Shown here in pieces: positions 44,673-57,135 of a stretch of 64,000 bases of DNA. Under the pieces are notes generated by a model, which was not told where the DNA came from, did not search any database, and saw only the letters and a program-made list of their open reading frames with translations. This DNA is from the human T2T-CHM13v2.0 reference genome, Homo sapiens. A program made the translations under genes and the position numbers. The stretch is taken from assembly GCF_009914755.1 (NCBI RefSeq), contig NC_060947.1, one strand, 5' to 3'. How positions within the stretch are numbered: position 1 is the first letter of the stretch; the number at the start of each line of letters is the position of its first letter.

Positions 44673-46904
44673 TAGATGCTATTGTCTGGTATGTGATGAA
44701 CCTGAAACATGCATTATGACAGTATGTCATCAGCCATGCTTTCTGAAAATCAGCGACATCCTTGCTAAATATCTTTTCAATGGTGGTGATATTATCCACA
44801 TTTTGTACAATATATCTCATTCTATCTATTACTGTATAACTTATAAGCTCATTCCATTGCCATATGCAAGCTGCATCGAAGACTGGGTCACTAAATCCTA
44901 TTTCCTTCCCTATATGAAGAGCATCAATTCTGTGTTGTTTATGAAATGAATTAAATACTTAGGATTAGAAAAGTCAAACATTTTAGAAGTTACACTTTAG
45001 GACTTGATATTGCTATGTATATGCATGTTTGGGAGCTTAACTATTACCTGCAGTTAGATTTAAATTATATTCATTTCAGTTTGCAGATTCAAATGAATTA
45101 GAACTGTTTTCCTGTAGTGATGTCTTTTTCAAGGAAGCTTTGATAAGTGTACATTATAATTGTCTTTACTGTTCTCTTATATGAATGTCACCTACATGCA
45201 TGTTTATTTGCTATAATAAAGGCAAGAGGCTTGGTCTCATATTGCTGTTCAGGAACAAAAGTCTCTTGCAGTATTTTTGTTAAGGGAATTCTGTGCATAA
45301 TATGTAACAAGAGCCACAGTTTGACCTCTGGTATAACCAAATCTGTAGGCAGCTAGGAGTTGTGTGATGGGATTATTCACAATTCTTGTTCTACAAAGCT
45401 CTTAAGATAATTGAAAAGTTTTGTTGAATGAGATTTGAGAATCAGATCAAACCCATTTGCTTTATATGAAAAGGTAGTGAATATAAAGTAAAATCGTAGA
45501 ACCCTAGACTTGAGAAGAACCATCTAGTCACCACCTTCACCATGAAAAACCTGGATTGGTTTCCTTTTTTAGTCTTAATCAACGGTTTGCATATTCATGA
45601 ACAGATTTGACGCTCTGGAATTTGGGTGCAGGAGTTTAGCTTTAGAACATATGTGACATAGTATATCCTGTTGCTTCCATAAGTCACGTTTAGACTGTTG
45701 AGTTTTCTAAGGCTTTGCACTACTCCCATTTTAATGGCCTCAGTTCTGGACTAGCTACTGAGGCGGAAGAAGGACCATGAAAACATTTTGCATGTTTTGG
45801 AGACCTCTGTAAATGATGTATTAAAATATTTTTACCTTCTTTTTGAAGTATTACTGATAACATTAAGACTTTTTTTTAGTTCAAAGCTTCTAGCTTGAAA
45901 CAAAACAGTTCCTGTTTTTAAGATTGCATGCATATATGAACTGTTGAAGGTATTTTGTTCTAGACTGCCATTATATTCAATCTTTTTTTCTTATAACTTT
46001 CTGATGGGACTTATAACTGTCTAATTGGACTCAGCATCAGACTCAACATCTGTTTGGTCCGTGGTCTCTAGGGCCAGACCTAAAGAAAAGGTACAATGTC
46101 TGTCCCCAAAGCAAACACCCACATAGCTCACTTTTGTGTGTGTATCTGTGCATTTGTGAGAATGGGGAGAGAATATTCCACCACCTCTGGATCTTTTCCA
46201 TACTAAATACAATTTTGTGGGGGAGATGATAGGATGGGAGGTGTCTTCTGTGTCTCCCTGTCACATTAGCAGTCTGCTTAAAATGCAAATGACTGTATTT
46301 CTCACACAAACTATAGGGCAATCATCGATTCCGAATAACTTGATTGAAAAAAAACTCATCGGAGGTGGCGAAATGAGCCTCCCCAGAGGGATCTTCCTTT
46401 ACTTCCCCTCATGATTTTCTTCATGAGCTCAGCCTCTTTCCACTTTGGAGCAGACTGAAGCATTCACTCTATTTTGAGCAGGGAGAGGAAGTTGCCTGAT
46501 CTCTTTTCTACCCTCAGTTAGAGCCAGATTAAGATGAAGCAGGGTATTTTTTTAGGGGATGGGAGGGGTGCATGGGCGGGGGATGAACTTGGGTTTATCT
46601 GTGTGGTACAGGTAGTAAAGAATATGTGGACACAAAATAAAGGAAGACGAATTCCTTTGAATTCAAGAGAATCTGTATTTACAAAGTATAGTTTAGAACT
46701 GTAAAAACCACCAGTGTTTTGTCTTGTGTTCTTACGTTGTCTGGATTATTGATTTGGCACCCTTATTATAAATAGGTAGACCGTCATCACCCTGTGGTCA
46801 AAGAGGCATGTGCACATATTGCTAGAAGGAAGAAAAGAGGCCCAAGGCCAAATCCAGAGATGAGGTCAAGCAATACTGACTTGAATTTCTTTTTTTCCTC
46901 ACAG

Positions 46905-47054
46905 GGCTTGCCCAATCACCATTGGAGAATAACTTTTATTAATAAGTGCTATGAGCTCTGTGACACTTACCCTGCTCTTTTGGTGGTTCCGTATCGTGCC
47001 TCAGATGATGACCTCCGGAGAGTTGCAACTTTTAGGTCCCGAAATCGAATTCCA
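46905..47054 (+). CDS. MTM1: MTM1 exon 8 (150 nt): [50 protein letters not shown]
   Basis: Acceptor cctcacag|GGC; donor TCCA|gtgagt; contained in ORF 46794..47126. Confidence 0.98.
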
Positions 47055-47893
47055 GTGAGTACTGCAATTAACGTTTCTCTTGAAGAGCACCTTTTAGTCC
47101 ATAAGAATGGTAGTCATATAACTTAGAGAAACGGTCCTTTTGGAATTCTATCCCAAAAAATACTTACTAAGTGCTTTGTGAGTACAAAGTACCATACCAG
47201 ACTGGAGAAGAAGTGTGCCGTCACCTGCCTTCTAGGAGCTTGCAACTAAGGATCAAGAATGAACGCAAGTAAAGAGCTCTCTACGAGAGAGGGGCTGCAA
47301 GTAATGGGAACCAAGTGCTGTGTGGAAGGAAGCAAGGAAAGACAGGCTCTTTGTGGCTTTTGTCTTTGTGGCACAGTACATGATACTATATGATAGGCTC
47401 TTGATAAATGTCAGATAAATCATGCTGGAAAGAACACACTGTCTTGTTATAAAATGTGTCAGCACAGACTTTGACATACACTCACCACGAGCTCACCCCC
47501 ATCACCTTTGCAGGCTGCCCCAATACCATTGTCTAACTGGAGTCAAGTATAGATTATTCCAGACACTATCCATACGGTATCACTGCACCTAGTTCACAAA
47601 GCTCTCTTTTGGTCCTTAAATATTAATGGACATGTGATACTATCTAACATTGACAAAAATTGACTAAAAATTTAGGTATTCTCCCCTGCTAATTTTCAGG
47701 GTCTGTCATAAGTACCTTGGGGTTTTTTTTTCCCCTAATAAGTAAATGTTTAAAAACAAAGGTTGAAGAAATTAAGACTTAATGTCACCTTGCCTTTTTC
47801 AAGTCTAGACATTTTTTTTCCTTAAAAGGATATTTGTGCAAAACTTTTGTATTGTCAGCCTAATATGAATTGTAATTTTTTTTAATTCACTTG

Positions 47894-48085
47894 TTATACA
47901 CTTCTAGCCATAAAACCGCAGAAGTGATGCTGTGTTCTCAGTGCACCACCTTAGGAGACATGCTGTTGATTTGTCCCGTTATTAGTGATGTTAACTGTGA
48001 TTATTCTGCTAAGGCAGTGTCTGTCATGTTTTTCCACTATAGCACTACTATTTTACCCATTAAAATTAATAAATGCTTTATGTAA
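47894..48085 (-). mobile_element. L1MC-type fragment between 16-bp direct repeats
   Basis: accgcagaagtgatgctgtgttctcagtgc...gttattagtgatgttaactgtgat...ttttccactatag; flanked by ttttttaattcacttg. Confidence 0.6.
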
Positions 48086-48169
48086 TGATTTTTTTAATTC
48101 ACTTGCTTCTCCAGTTAGTAGTGTCTGTTCATATCTTCGCGATATAAATTGTACTTGAAAGTATGTTCT

Positions 48170-48360
48170 TTAGCTCATGTTGTTAGAACATGATGCTAAT
48201 GAAGCTAGGGTTACAAGTTCAGTCTTCCTGTGCTCTGTTTGGACATGCTCTTCTGTACCATAGCCACAGACTACACCCCTACCCTGGCTGGCTGTCTGTC
48301 TTGCTAATGCATGCCTTGCTCACAAGGACAACTGGGCTAGGGTAGCCTGGCTCAGTTTTG
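48170..48360 (+). mobile_element. tRNA-Ile(AAT)-derived ancient SINE (MamSINE1-like) or tRNA pseudogene head
   Basis: TAGCTCATGTTGTTAGAACATGATGCTAATGAAGCTAGGGTTACAAGTTC aligns without gaps to tRNA-Ile TAGCTCAGTTGGTTAGAGCGTGGTGCTAATAACGCCAAGGTCGCGGGTTC. Confidence 0.7.
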
Positions 48361-49029
48361 TTCATGTATTCATTCAGTTCATATTTATTGAGCATCTACC
48401 GTGTCATTTGTGTATGTGGGTGAATTCTATGGGATTTGAAACAGAGAAAATTGAACAACTGTGCCCTTTCTACCATGCTTGGTTGCCATCTTGATCCAGT
48501 AGTCCCCATTATTCTGAATGAATGAGTGTCTACTGTAGAGCAGATAGAATTTCTTAACTTTTTATTTAGTCATGTTATTGATCCTTCTTACTTTATCATG
48601 GCCACCAATTTGTATTTATTTTTTCTAAAATGGCTTTTATAGGGAAGACTAAGTTCCCCATCACCTCTACATATTTATAGATTTACTATTAGGTACTATT
48701 AAGCGTGGTAATATGTTCTTTGCAGTATGCTTTCTAACCACCCGGCTGTTGGCTAAGTCTCAGAGCTTTGCTTCCACCCAGAAAACATATGTGCCTTTAA
48801 TGTGAAATCATTAATATCTGATAGTTGGTTCTTTTTATAAAACCTCATGTAAAAATACAAAAGGAAGTGACATGAAAGAGATCTTATTTTGCATGTAAAT
48901 AAGATATAAACTATAATAAAATATTGCTGGGTAGAGAAATAATCAATGTGCATTAAATGTTTCCATTAATGGATATGTATTCTCTTATTCTCAAACAGAT
49001 TTCTCTTAATTTTATGAGTCTTTAATGTA

Positions 49030-49470
49030 TGAGTAATGCACGTTCATTTTAAGCATTATAAAAAATACTGATAAGCAAAAAGGAGTCTGCCACCTAGTGA
49101 GAACCAGTGTTAACACTGTTGGTATATATCCTTTCAGACTTCCTTCTAAGCATATATCTACACACACACACACATATGTATATATATTTGAAAAAAGTGA
49201 AATTATTCTATAATTTGTGTCTCAGTCTATAGAAATTATTCTATAATTTGTGTCTTTATCTAGCAATATCTTGTAAACAACTTCCCATGTTGCTAAATAT
49301 GATCCGCTCATATGCCAGTGTGTAGATGTACCATGATTTAATCAGTTTTCCATTGTGAGACATTCAGCTTCTGCTTAATCTTTTGCTATTGTAAGTAATG
49401 CTGTAATAAACATCTTTCAGTGGTTAGATATTTGTGTACTTAATTATCTATGGCTTCTAGATATGAATTT
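49030..49470 (-). mobile_element. L1ME-type fragment
   Basis: gtaatgcacgttcatt...aaccagtgttaacactgttggtatatatcctttcagac...ttttgctattgtaagtaatgctgtaataaacatc. Confidence 0.65.
49199..49255. repeat. 24-bp direct repeat, period 33
   Basis: gaaattattctataatttgtgtct at 49199-49222 and 49232-49255. Confidence 0.9.
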
Positions 49471-50309
49471 TAATAAGAATAATACAGTGCCATATACTGT
49501 AAAAGCACTCATGGTAGTTGACACTGTGAAATGAACATTATTTGTACCTGTTTAGCTCTGTAATAAGCATCCTTTTCAAAAAGTAGTAAGAATCCCCCCT
49601 CCTGCAAAGAAATTAAGAGGAGAAACATCTCAGAGGAGTAGCATTTCCTAACATGGCACCACAAAGAGAATAGGGGTCGGGAGGCCATTGCCTATGGCCC
49701 GACTGAAATTTACAACTTGATGAGGGTCTTTCTCAATAATAAATAATTTTTATTTTTAATAATTTCTCAAATTATTAAAATAATAAAAAATATTAAAAAA
49801 TATTTTAATAATTTCTCAAATAATAAATCTTTTAAATGTGTAGCAAATTGCTCCTTTAAAGTGGTCTCATGTCTCTTGTCTCTCTTGATACCAGGGCCAT
49901 AGAGGGAAAGGAAGGCAGATCTCATATGTGCTGTGCATTATAGATTGGAAGGTGGAGGTTTAGGTCCCACTGGTACCTTCTCCAAGGCTCCCAGTTCTGA
50001 GCCTTTGGACTCTTATTAGGCAGGGGCTACAATGGTGTTTTTAATTGATCTCTAGCATGGTGCAAGGACCATATTTGTTCTGAGAATGAATAAATATTAC
50101 TGTATAATCTTTTCTCAATAACCTGTTGTCATTATAAACACTCATTTTTATAAACATCAATGTTTGTCATTTGCCATCATGGGGTAGGTAACTTCAGAGA
50201 CATCAGGGAATTTGGTGTTATGTTGAGTGAGCCCACATGATTAAGCTTCTTTCGTTCTTTGTATCTGCATTTTGTGGTTTTTGCTAACTGACTTTCCTGG
50301 CTGCTGGGC

Positions 50310-50525
50310 CTGCCTCTATAAGCTAACACGAGCCAGTGTTTATTGCAGACTTTCTGGGCATTCTTCTTCAGGCCACCGAGCAACCCTATGAGATTATATT
50401 ATTCTCCCCATTTTATGGAAGAGGAAAGGGAAGCCAGAGAAGCTGCGAGTGAAATGCCTGAGGTTAGAACCACGGCAGAGATGGCACTAGACCCCAAAGT
50501 CCACATTGTCGCCCACTGTGCTGCA
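50310..50525 (-). mobile_element. MIR
   Basis: caaccctatgagattatattattctccccattttatggaagaggaaagggaagccagaga. Confidence 0.8.
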
Positions 50526-50539
50526 GTTCTCCAGCTTCC

Positions 50540-50620
50540 CATTTTTAATAGCTTTATTGAGATCTACTTCACATACCAAACAATTTCCCATCTCAAGTGT
50601 ACAATTCTGTTGTTTTTGGT
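50540..50620 (-). mobile_element. L1M extreme 3' fragment
   Basis: tttttaatagctttattgagatctacttcacatacc...aagtgtacaattc. Confidence 0.65.
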
Positions 50621-51317
50621 ATATTACATTATTAGCTACCTTTTACGTGTATTACTTTTCACATGCTATGAGCTTGGCAACCAGGGAGCAAATGTGCTAG
50701 ACTTGTGTATAAAGTTAGAGAAGATAGGTTCTGAATCAGGGCTTGATGAGGTCTCCTAGGCATTGGATGTCCACACTGCACTGTGGAGACGAGCAGATCT
50801 ATGCTCTTTGGGCTGTCCTGAGATCAGTTTTGCTCTGCTCAGGTTTTCTTCCTTCCTGTGTTAGATTCTAGAATTGAGACTGTTGGGAAAATGATCTGTA
50901 GACAGAGTTGGTATTATGAGAAACATATTGTACCAGAGACAATTTCCTTTACCTCTCACTTTTTGCCAAAGCTGCTTCTATATGATAACAAATCCAGTGC
51001 AAGCTACATAATTAAAATAGGATCAAGCTTTCAATTTCCTTTAAGTGATATAACTATTTTTAGGTAAGCAATTAATTTATATTGGATGTGGTGCTAATTA
51101 AGAAAAGACTGGTAATTGTACTTGTTTCTGAGTTATATTATTAAATGCATGTCTCTGGGCACACACACGCAGTGAGATTGCAAGTGAACAAGTATTCTAT
51201 TTTAGCACAATCAGATTCACTTCTTGATAACCGTCAGTGCTTTACTGTTTTACAGTTTTAATTGTTTGCTTGGAGATTTGCTTTCTTGATAGCTTAAACT
51301 TTCTGACTTAACCATAG

Positions 51318-51536
<219 letters not shown>

Positions 51537-52826
51537 TAGCTTACATATGGAGTGCAGTGTTTTCTGTGAATGTTTTTGCCATGATATAGAAACACGTGGG
51601 TTTAAATTAATAGTTAAGAAAACCAGTTCTCTTAGACAGAAAGTAGTTTTAATCACAAAACTTAAACAAAATTGAATATATCAAAATCAAATGCAAATAA
51701 ACTTTAGGTAAATAGGCATGTCTAGACTGTAATGAAATTGGGTTTTGGCCAGGACCTTGGCAGGAAAAAGTTAGATTCTCTTTAAAGCCCTTTCAGCTGT
51801 GGATGATCACTCATTGTGTACACTATTGGGGCATCTGTAAGAAGCTATGGGAAGCTGTAATTATTAAAATACTAAATTTGCATGCTTACTCAAACACTCC
51901 CTCCCCCATACCCGTATATACTCACATATGTGTATTCTCATTTACATAAGATAATTCAAGAAATGAGTAGGTCCACGTATGTGAGTTTTCCAGGCACAAA
52001 CATATACACAAAGTTGACCGTTTTCAAAGAAGTCTGTCTCAATTGACTTTTTGCTGTAAGCAGAATATGCTGAATGCACTTAAAATTGATTAGGGTCATC
52101 ATGAACATCAGTGACTGCATAGTGTTGCCTTCAGAAGCTGCTGCAAGGTGTATGGCTGTTTGCTTGCTCTACTAAATGGCCCCAGATTGATGTGCATTTT
52201 ACGTTCTATTTCTCCTTTTTGTTGTTTTTCTTTTCCTTCTCCTCCCATCATTGCTGTCACTTTCAAATGCTCACGAGGGGCCTGCCCCAAATTGCTCACT
52301 CCCATTCCAGCTTTCAGATTTATTGTTTCTCCTCTGCTGTAAGCTTAAATTTCATCATATTTAATACATTGCTTATCCTGAGGTTATTTGTCTAGCATCT
52401 TCAATTATTCAGAACATAAGACAAGAACCAGAAAGCAAAACAAGTTCTTGAGCAGCTCAGATAGGTGCAGCAGCTTCCTAATAGAATCTGTGATATCTGT
52501 CTGGACTAGGATGTGTCAGACTGCATGCATGCAGAGCTCAACTCTTCATTATTTGTGCACAGATCTTCTGTCCTACACATTTAATCCTGGGCCACCTCCC
52601 CATCCCCATGCATGCTTTTAAACCAGCTATTTGTTACTACGGTTGTTTTTTGGTCCAGAGATGATTTTGAAATTATATGTGAAGCAGTCAGTAAGTTAAA
52701 TTGACAAGTAAATTAGGAATCGTAAGTGAAACACTCAGGAAATTAAATCTAACTCTAAATATCTTCTTGGATTGTCCTTAATTTTATATATCTGTGTACC
52801 TATTATCTTTCATATATATTTCAGGG

Positions 52827-52830
<4 letters not shown>

Positions 52831-52872
<42 letters not shown>
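52831..52872. repeat. (TA)21 microsatellite
   Basis: Uninterrupted TA run. Confidence 0.97.
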
Positions 52873-52873
<1 letters not shown>

Positions 52874-54499
52874 CAATATTTTCATGTACATATTTAGCCT
52901 GAAATAGATATGATATAGCATTACAATGAAGTATTTACAAAGAATATTTTAGAATATTAAAATGCATGAAATGGATACACTAATTAAAGCTCATTCCAGC
53001 AACAGAATTCCTGAAGGCCTTTTTAACACTCAGGAAACAAGCTTCTATTTCTAGTCCTCTTAGGAGTCGAGGGAAGGAAAATATCAGGGAAAAAGCCTAA
53101 GCTTTACAGATCTCTGTCATTCTTTTAAAAAGCTCACTTGTTTCTCCCTTCCTCTGCTGTGTCTCTCCGCTAGTCGCTAATATCCATAGCAACAGGCCCG
53201 TAGACCTTTACATCATCGTCCTAGGTAATCTACATTGTTCTTTTTTGTTGAAGAAAGGAAAACCAAAAAGAATACTTCAAAAGTAACCAGAGATGTAGAA
53301 TTTGAACTTTCAGGAACTCAGTGTGTGCTTGACTAATTGATTGTTGCCCTTTCTGACCTTCTGTTCTCCTTGGACCTAATTGTTCCTCCCTTACGGATAT
53401 TTAGAAATTTACATCCCCAGATGCAACAAGCAACGGCACATCATTTTAAATTAAACAAAATCCAAGGATTGGTAAGATCTAGCAGCAAGCCGCTTCTATT
53501 TTTGTGGCGGTACATCGTGATGAATTAATGTGGAACTGTGCTAATGTCTGTTTTTACCAGAAACATTAGCGATGAGTAATAAAGTATATTTTTCCTTTTA
53601 TTTTTTCACTTATTTTCAGTTATTTATGAAGAGAACTCTAGTTTCAAGAATCTCTTTGAAAATCACCATAACTATTTAAAAACCACATGTGTAGAGAAGC
53701 AGGAAGAGGAGAAAGTGGCCCACTTAAATAATAAATTGCTTATTTATTAGCTAATAACTTTTTAAAAACAACACTGTGAATGTTTACTGTCTACTTACCA
53801 GTGATACTATTTAGAGCACGCTCTAAAGAAATATTTCTGCCTAACTATATTTTCTTGCCTAGAGTCTTTAGAGACCAAGATCTCTGGCTTTTAACATAGG
53901 TCTCCAAGTTTGAAACCTAAATGGATGGTAGCCTTACTTCTGCAGGAAACCTTTTTCTGTGACTACCTCCAGGAAAAAACAAAAACAAAAAACAAAAAAA
54001 AACCTAAGTTTCTTTGGCCCTTCTATCCATGGCTACAAGCTTATATTCCTTCCATTGTTGTTAATAAAGAGAAAATAGGCATATTGTAGCTATGGCACAT
54101 TTGTCTGGTGACTTCTCCTTTCCTCTTCAGCCCCAGGCAGATGTTTCCCTGTTCTGTTCCTACAGGCACTCTGGAGTTAGTATAATATTGTTTTCTTTGC
54201 AAGTCTCAGAACTGTTTAACTTTTTCTTAAAGGGCCAAAGGCCACGTGTTCTATGCCATTTCAAAACGTTTAAGCAGAATGCAGCCAGATTCCTAAATGA
54301 AACCATAGCATCTCTTTTTGTCAGTGTGGAAAATGGGCACTCTTCACCATGCTGTGAAGATGAACCAAAGCCTGCCCTGGCAAGTTAATACTTGTAGTTG
54401 CTGCAGTAGGCGGTAGCCATCTTGTCTCCTCTTGAAATCTTCTATTCTTTCAGAGCTCACTATGTGCAGTGCTCTCTCATTGGTGTTTGCATAGCAGAG

Positions 54500-54750
54500 A
54501 AATAGTCATGGTTTAGTAGAAAAAGTTCGAGCTTTGAAGCCAGACTTAGACTTAAATTCCACTTATTACCTATGTGACTTAGGGGATAGTTAACTAGCGT
54601 CTCTGAGTTTCTGTTTTCTCATTGGCAAAATGGGGACAGTAATACCTATCTTGCAGCACTGCTGAAGAGAGAAAATTATGTAAAGCAAGAGTCACAGTAC
54701 CTGGGATGTCATAGGAGTTCATTAAACAGTGGCTGGCATTAGCTATTATA
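54500..54750 (+). mobile_element. MIR
   Basis: gctttgaagccagac...tgtgacttagggg...ctctgagtttctgttttctcattggcaaaatggggacagtaatacct. Confidence 0.85.
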
Positions 54751-54769
54751 ATAGAGTGTGGTTCCTTTA

Positions 54770-54935
54770 ATAGTATGAGACCTAGGTAATATTATCCCCT
54801 ATTTTACAGGAGAGGATGTTGAGGCTCAGAAATGTTAAGTGCCTTGTCCCAGATCACATGGCAAGGAGAAGCTGAAGCTGAGCTATCTCAGCCTGGGTCT
54901 GTCTCCAAAGCCTGTTGTTTTCCTCTAATGCATCA
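54770..54935 (-). mobile_element. MIR
   Basis: attatcccctattttacaggagaggatgttgaggctcagaaatgttaagtgccttgtcc. Confidence 0.85.
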
Positions 54936-55366
54936 CGTCCTACGTGAGTGCTGTTACAGTGCCAGAGGTGCCTGCTGCTGCCTCAGTCTGGCTGCCTCCC
55001 GCCTTCCCCCTGAAGAGTACTATTAGAGATACAAAACTAATGGAGAACGAGGACCTTTCACAACCTGCTTTTGCCTTTCCAGATCCGGAAGAAGAGCTAT
55101 TAATTATAGAGCATTTTGAGGATGATTTTTTTCCTTAGGAATACAGATTCCCCAGGAAATTGCCAGCCTTCTGTCTTTTTTTCAACTCAAAGTATGACTA
55201 ATGTTTTTGAGACTTGTTGTTGGCTAGGAAGTCAAGTCACATCAATTATTCATTTAAATTGGAGGGTTTGGGGTTATTTGGAGGACAAATAACTAGAAAT
55301 ATTTGTGTAAGTTTCTGATGAAATAGAAAACTCAACTGATTGTTTGTATTTCATGTTGTTTCTTAG

Positions 55367-55624
<258 letters not shown>

Positions 55625-56169
55625 TAAATTCCTTAAAAAAATGGACATTGAGAGATAAACTTTGTAGTAGAGGACCACATTTAACAGTTTTATGTTGCTT
55701 TATAATTTGCTTACCTAAATTAAAGATTTCACATCATCACTCCAGAATATATTTAGAGTTTGCAAAGACATCTCTTTCCATCTTTCAGTATTAAGTCGTT
55801 CAGTCTTTCATGCAGGTTTATTTAGGAATAGCCAATTTATTATCTAACCATTACTGGATATGACCTCTTTGGACCTAGATAGAGGTGGTTAGTTTTGTTT
55901 TTTTTGTTGTTTTTTGTTTTTTTTTGTTTTTTGAAACTAATCTCAAATGACTTATTTTAAAGAATTGGTTTTGTGTTTTATTATGTTCAATCCTTTATCC
56001 TGATAAAGGCAGCAATAATCCTCCACTTTTTAAAAAGTACTTGAAGTGATCTGAGGGAACTAACACTTTTAGAAACCATTTAGTTCTGTACACAAACAAA
56101 AAGTCAGCTTTAATGTATAGGTGAATTATTAAGATATATTCTCTAGTCAAATTTTGTTTTCCAACTTAC

Positions 56170-56820
56170 CCTTCATCTGCAAGTGGTGGCATGCTCTTCT
56201 CAGCTAGCGAGGCTCACCCTCTTGGTGTCATCCTACATTTCTTTAGCTCCTGCACTGAGCTAATCATCAAGTACCACAGGCCCTTCCTTGGAAACATGTC
56301 TGTCACTCTCATAGTCCCCTCACCCCCACACTGGCAGCATTCAAACTAGGCCATTACTACCCCTATCTTTGCACTCTTAAAATGGTTCTGTTTTCTCTTC
56401 CTTCCCTCTCGTATCTATTCTATAAGCAGCTGACAGAACATTTTCCTAAAATATCCTGCTATTCCAAAACCTCTGGGGGCTCCCAACAGCCTAACCTGAC
56501 AGCCACACCCCTGTTCATCTGGCTTCTGCAGGTTTGTAGATTAACCTGCAACTACAGAAATCCTTACTCTTCCTAATTCCATCTCACTTATGCCTGTTTC
56601 TGGGCCTTTGTCTAGGTTGTCCTCTTTCTCTAGAATGGATTCCCCCATCCTTCCACTTTCTTCAAGGACCAGATCAAATCCCACCGAATCTCAAAGGGAA
56701 TGTTCCTTCCACTGACTTTGCTATACATTATGTCTCTTTTTACACATACCTATCATCTCTTCAATCATATGTGAACCTCCTTAAAGTCTTATACCATTTT
56801 CCCATTCACAAGGTCTAACA
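56170..56820 (+). mobile_element. L2 fragment, degraded
   Basis: ctgggcctttgtctaggttgtcctctttctctagaatg...cttcaaggaccagatcaaatcccacc. Confidence 0.55.
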
Positions 56821-56837
56821 TAAAAACCAAAATAAAA

Positions 56838-57135
56838 CTTTTTATTTTACAATAGTTTTCAATTTACAGAAAAATTGTAAAAGTGCTATAGAAAGTTCCC
56901 ATATATATACCCAACCGAGTTTTTCTTCTTATTGACGTCTTACACTGCTCATAACTATGGCATGTCACATTGTACAGTATACTAGTCACAACTAATGAGC
57001 CAATATTTATACATTATTAACTTATTATTAATAAAGTTCATACTTTATTTGGATTTCCTTAGCTTTTACCTAATGTCCTTTTTCTGTTTAAGGATCCCAT
57101 CCAGGTATCACATTATATTTAGTTGTCACAATTAG
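56838..57135 (-). mobile_element. L1MC-type 3' fragment
   Basis: ttcaatttacagaaaaattgtaaa...atagaaagttcccatata...tttttctgtttaaggatcccatccagg. Confidence 0.75.

Noticed and set aside
48170-48240. Functional tRNA-Ile gene
   Set aside because: Acceptor and T stems are broken and the B-box is degraded; treated as a SINE or pseudogene relic.
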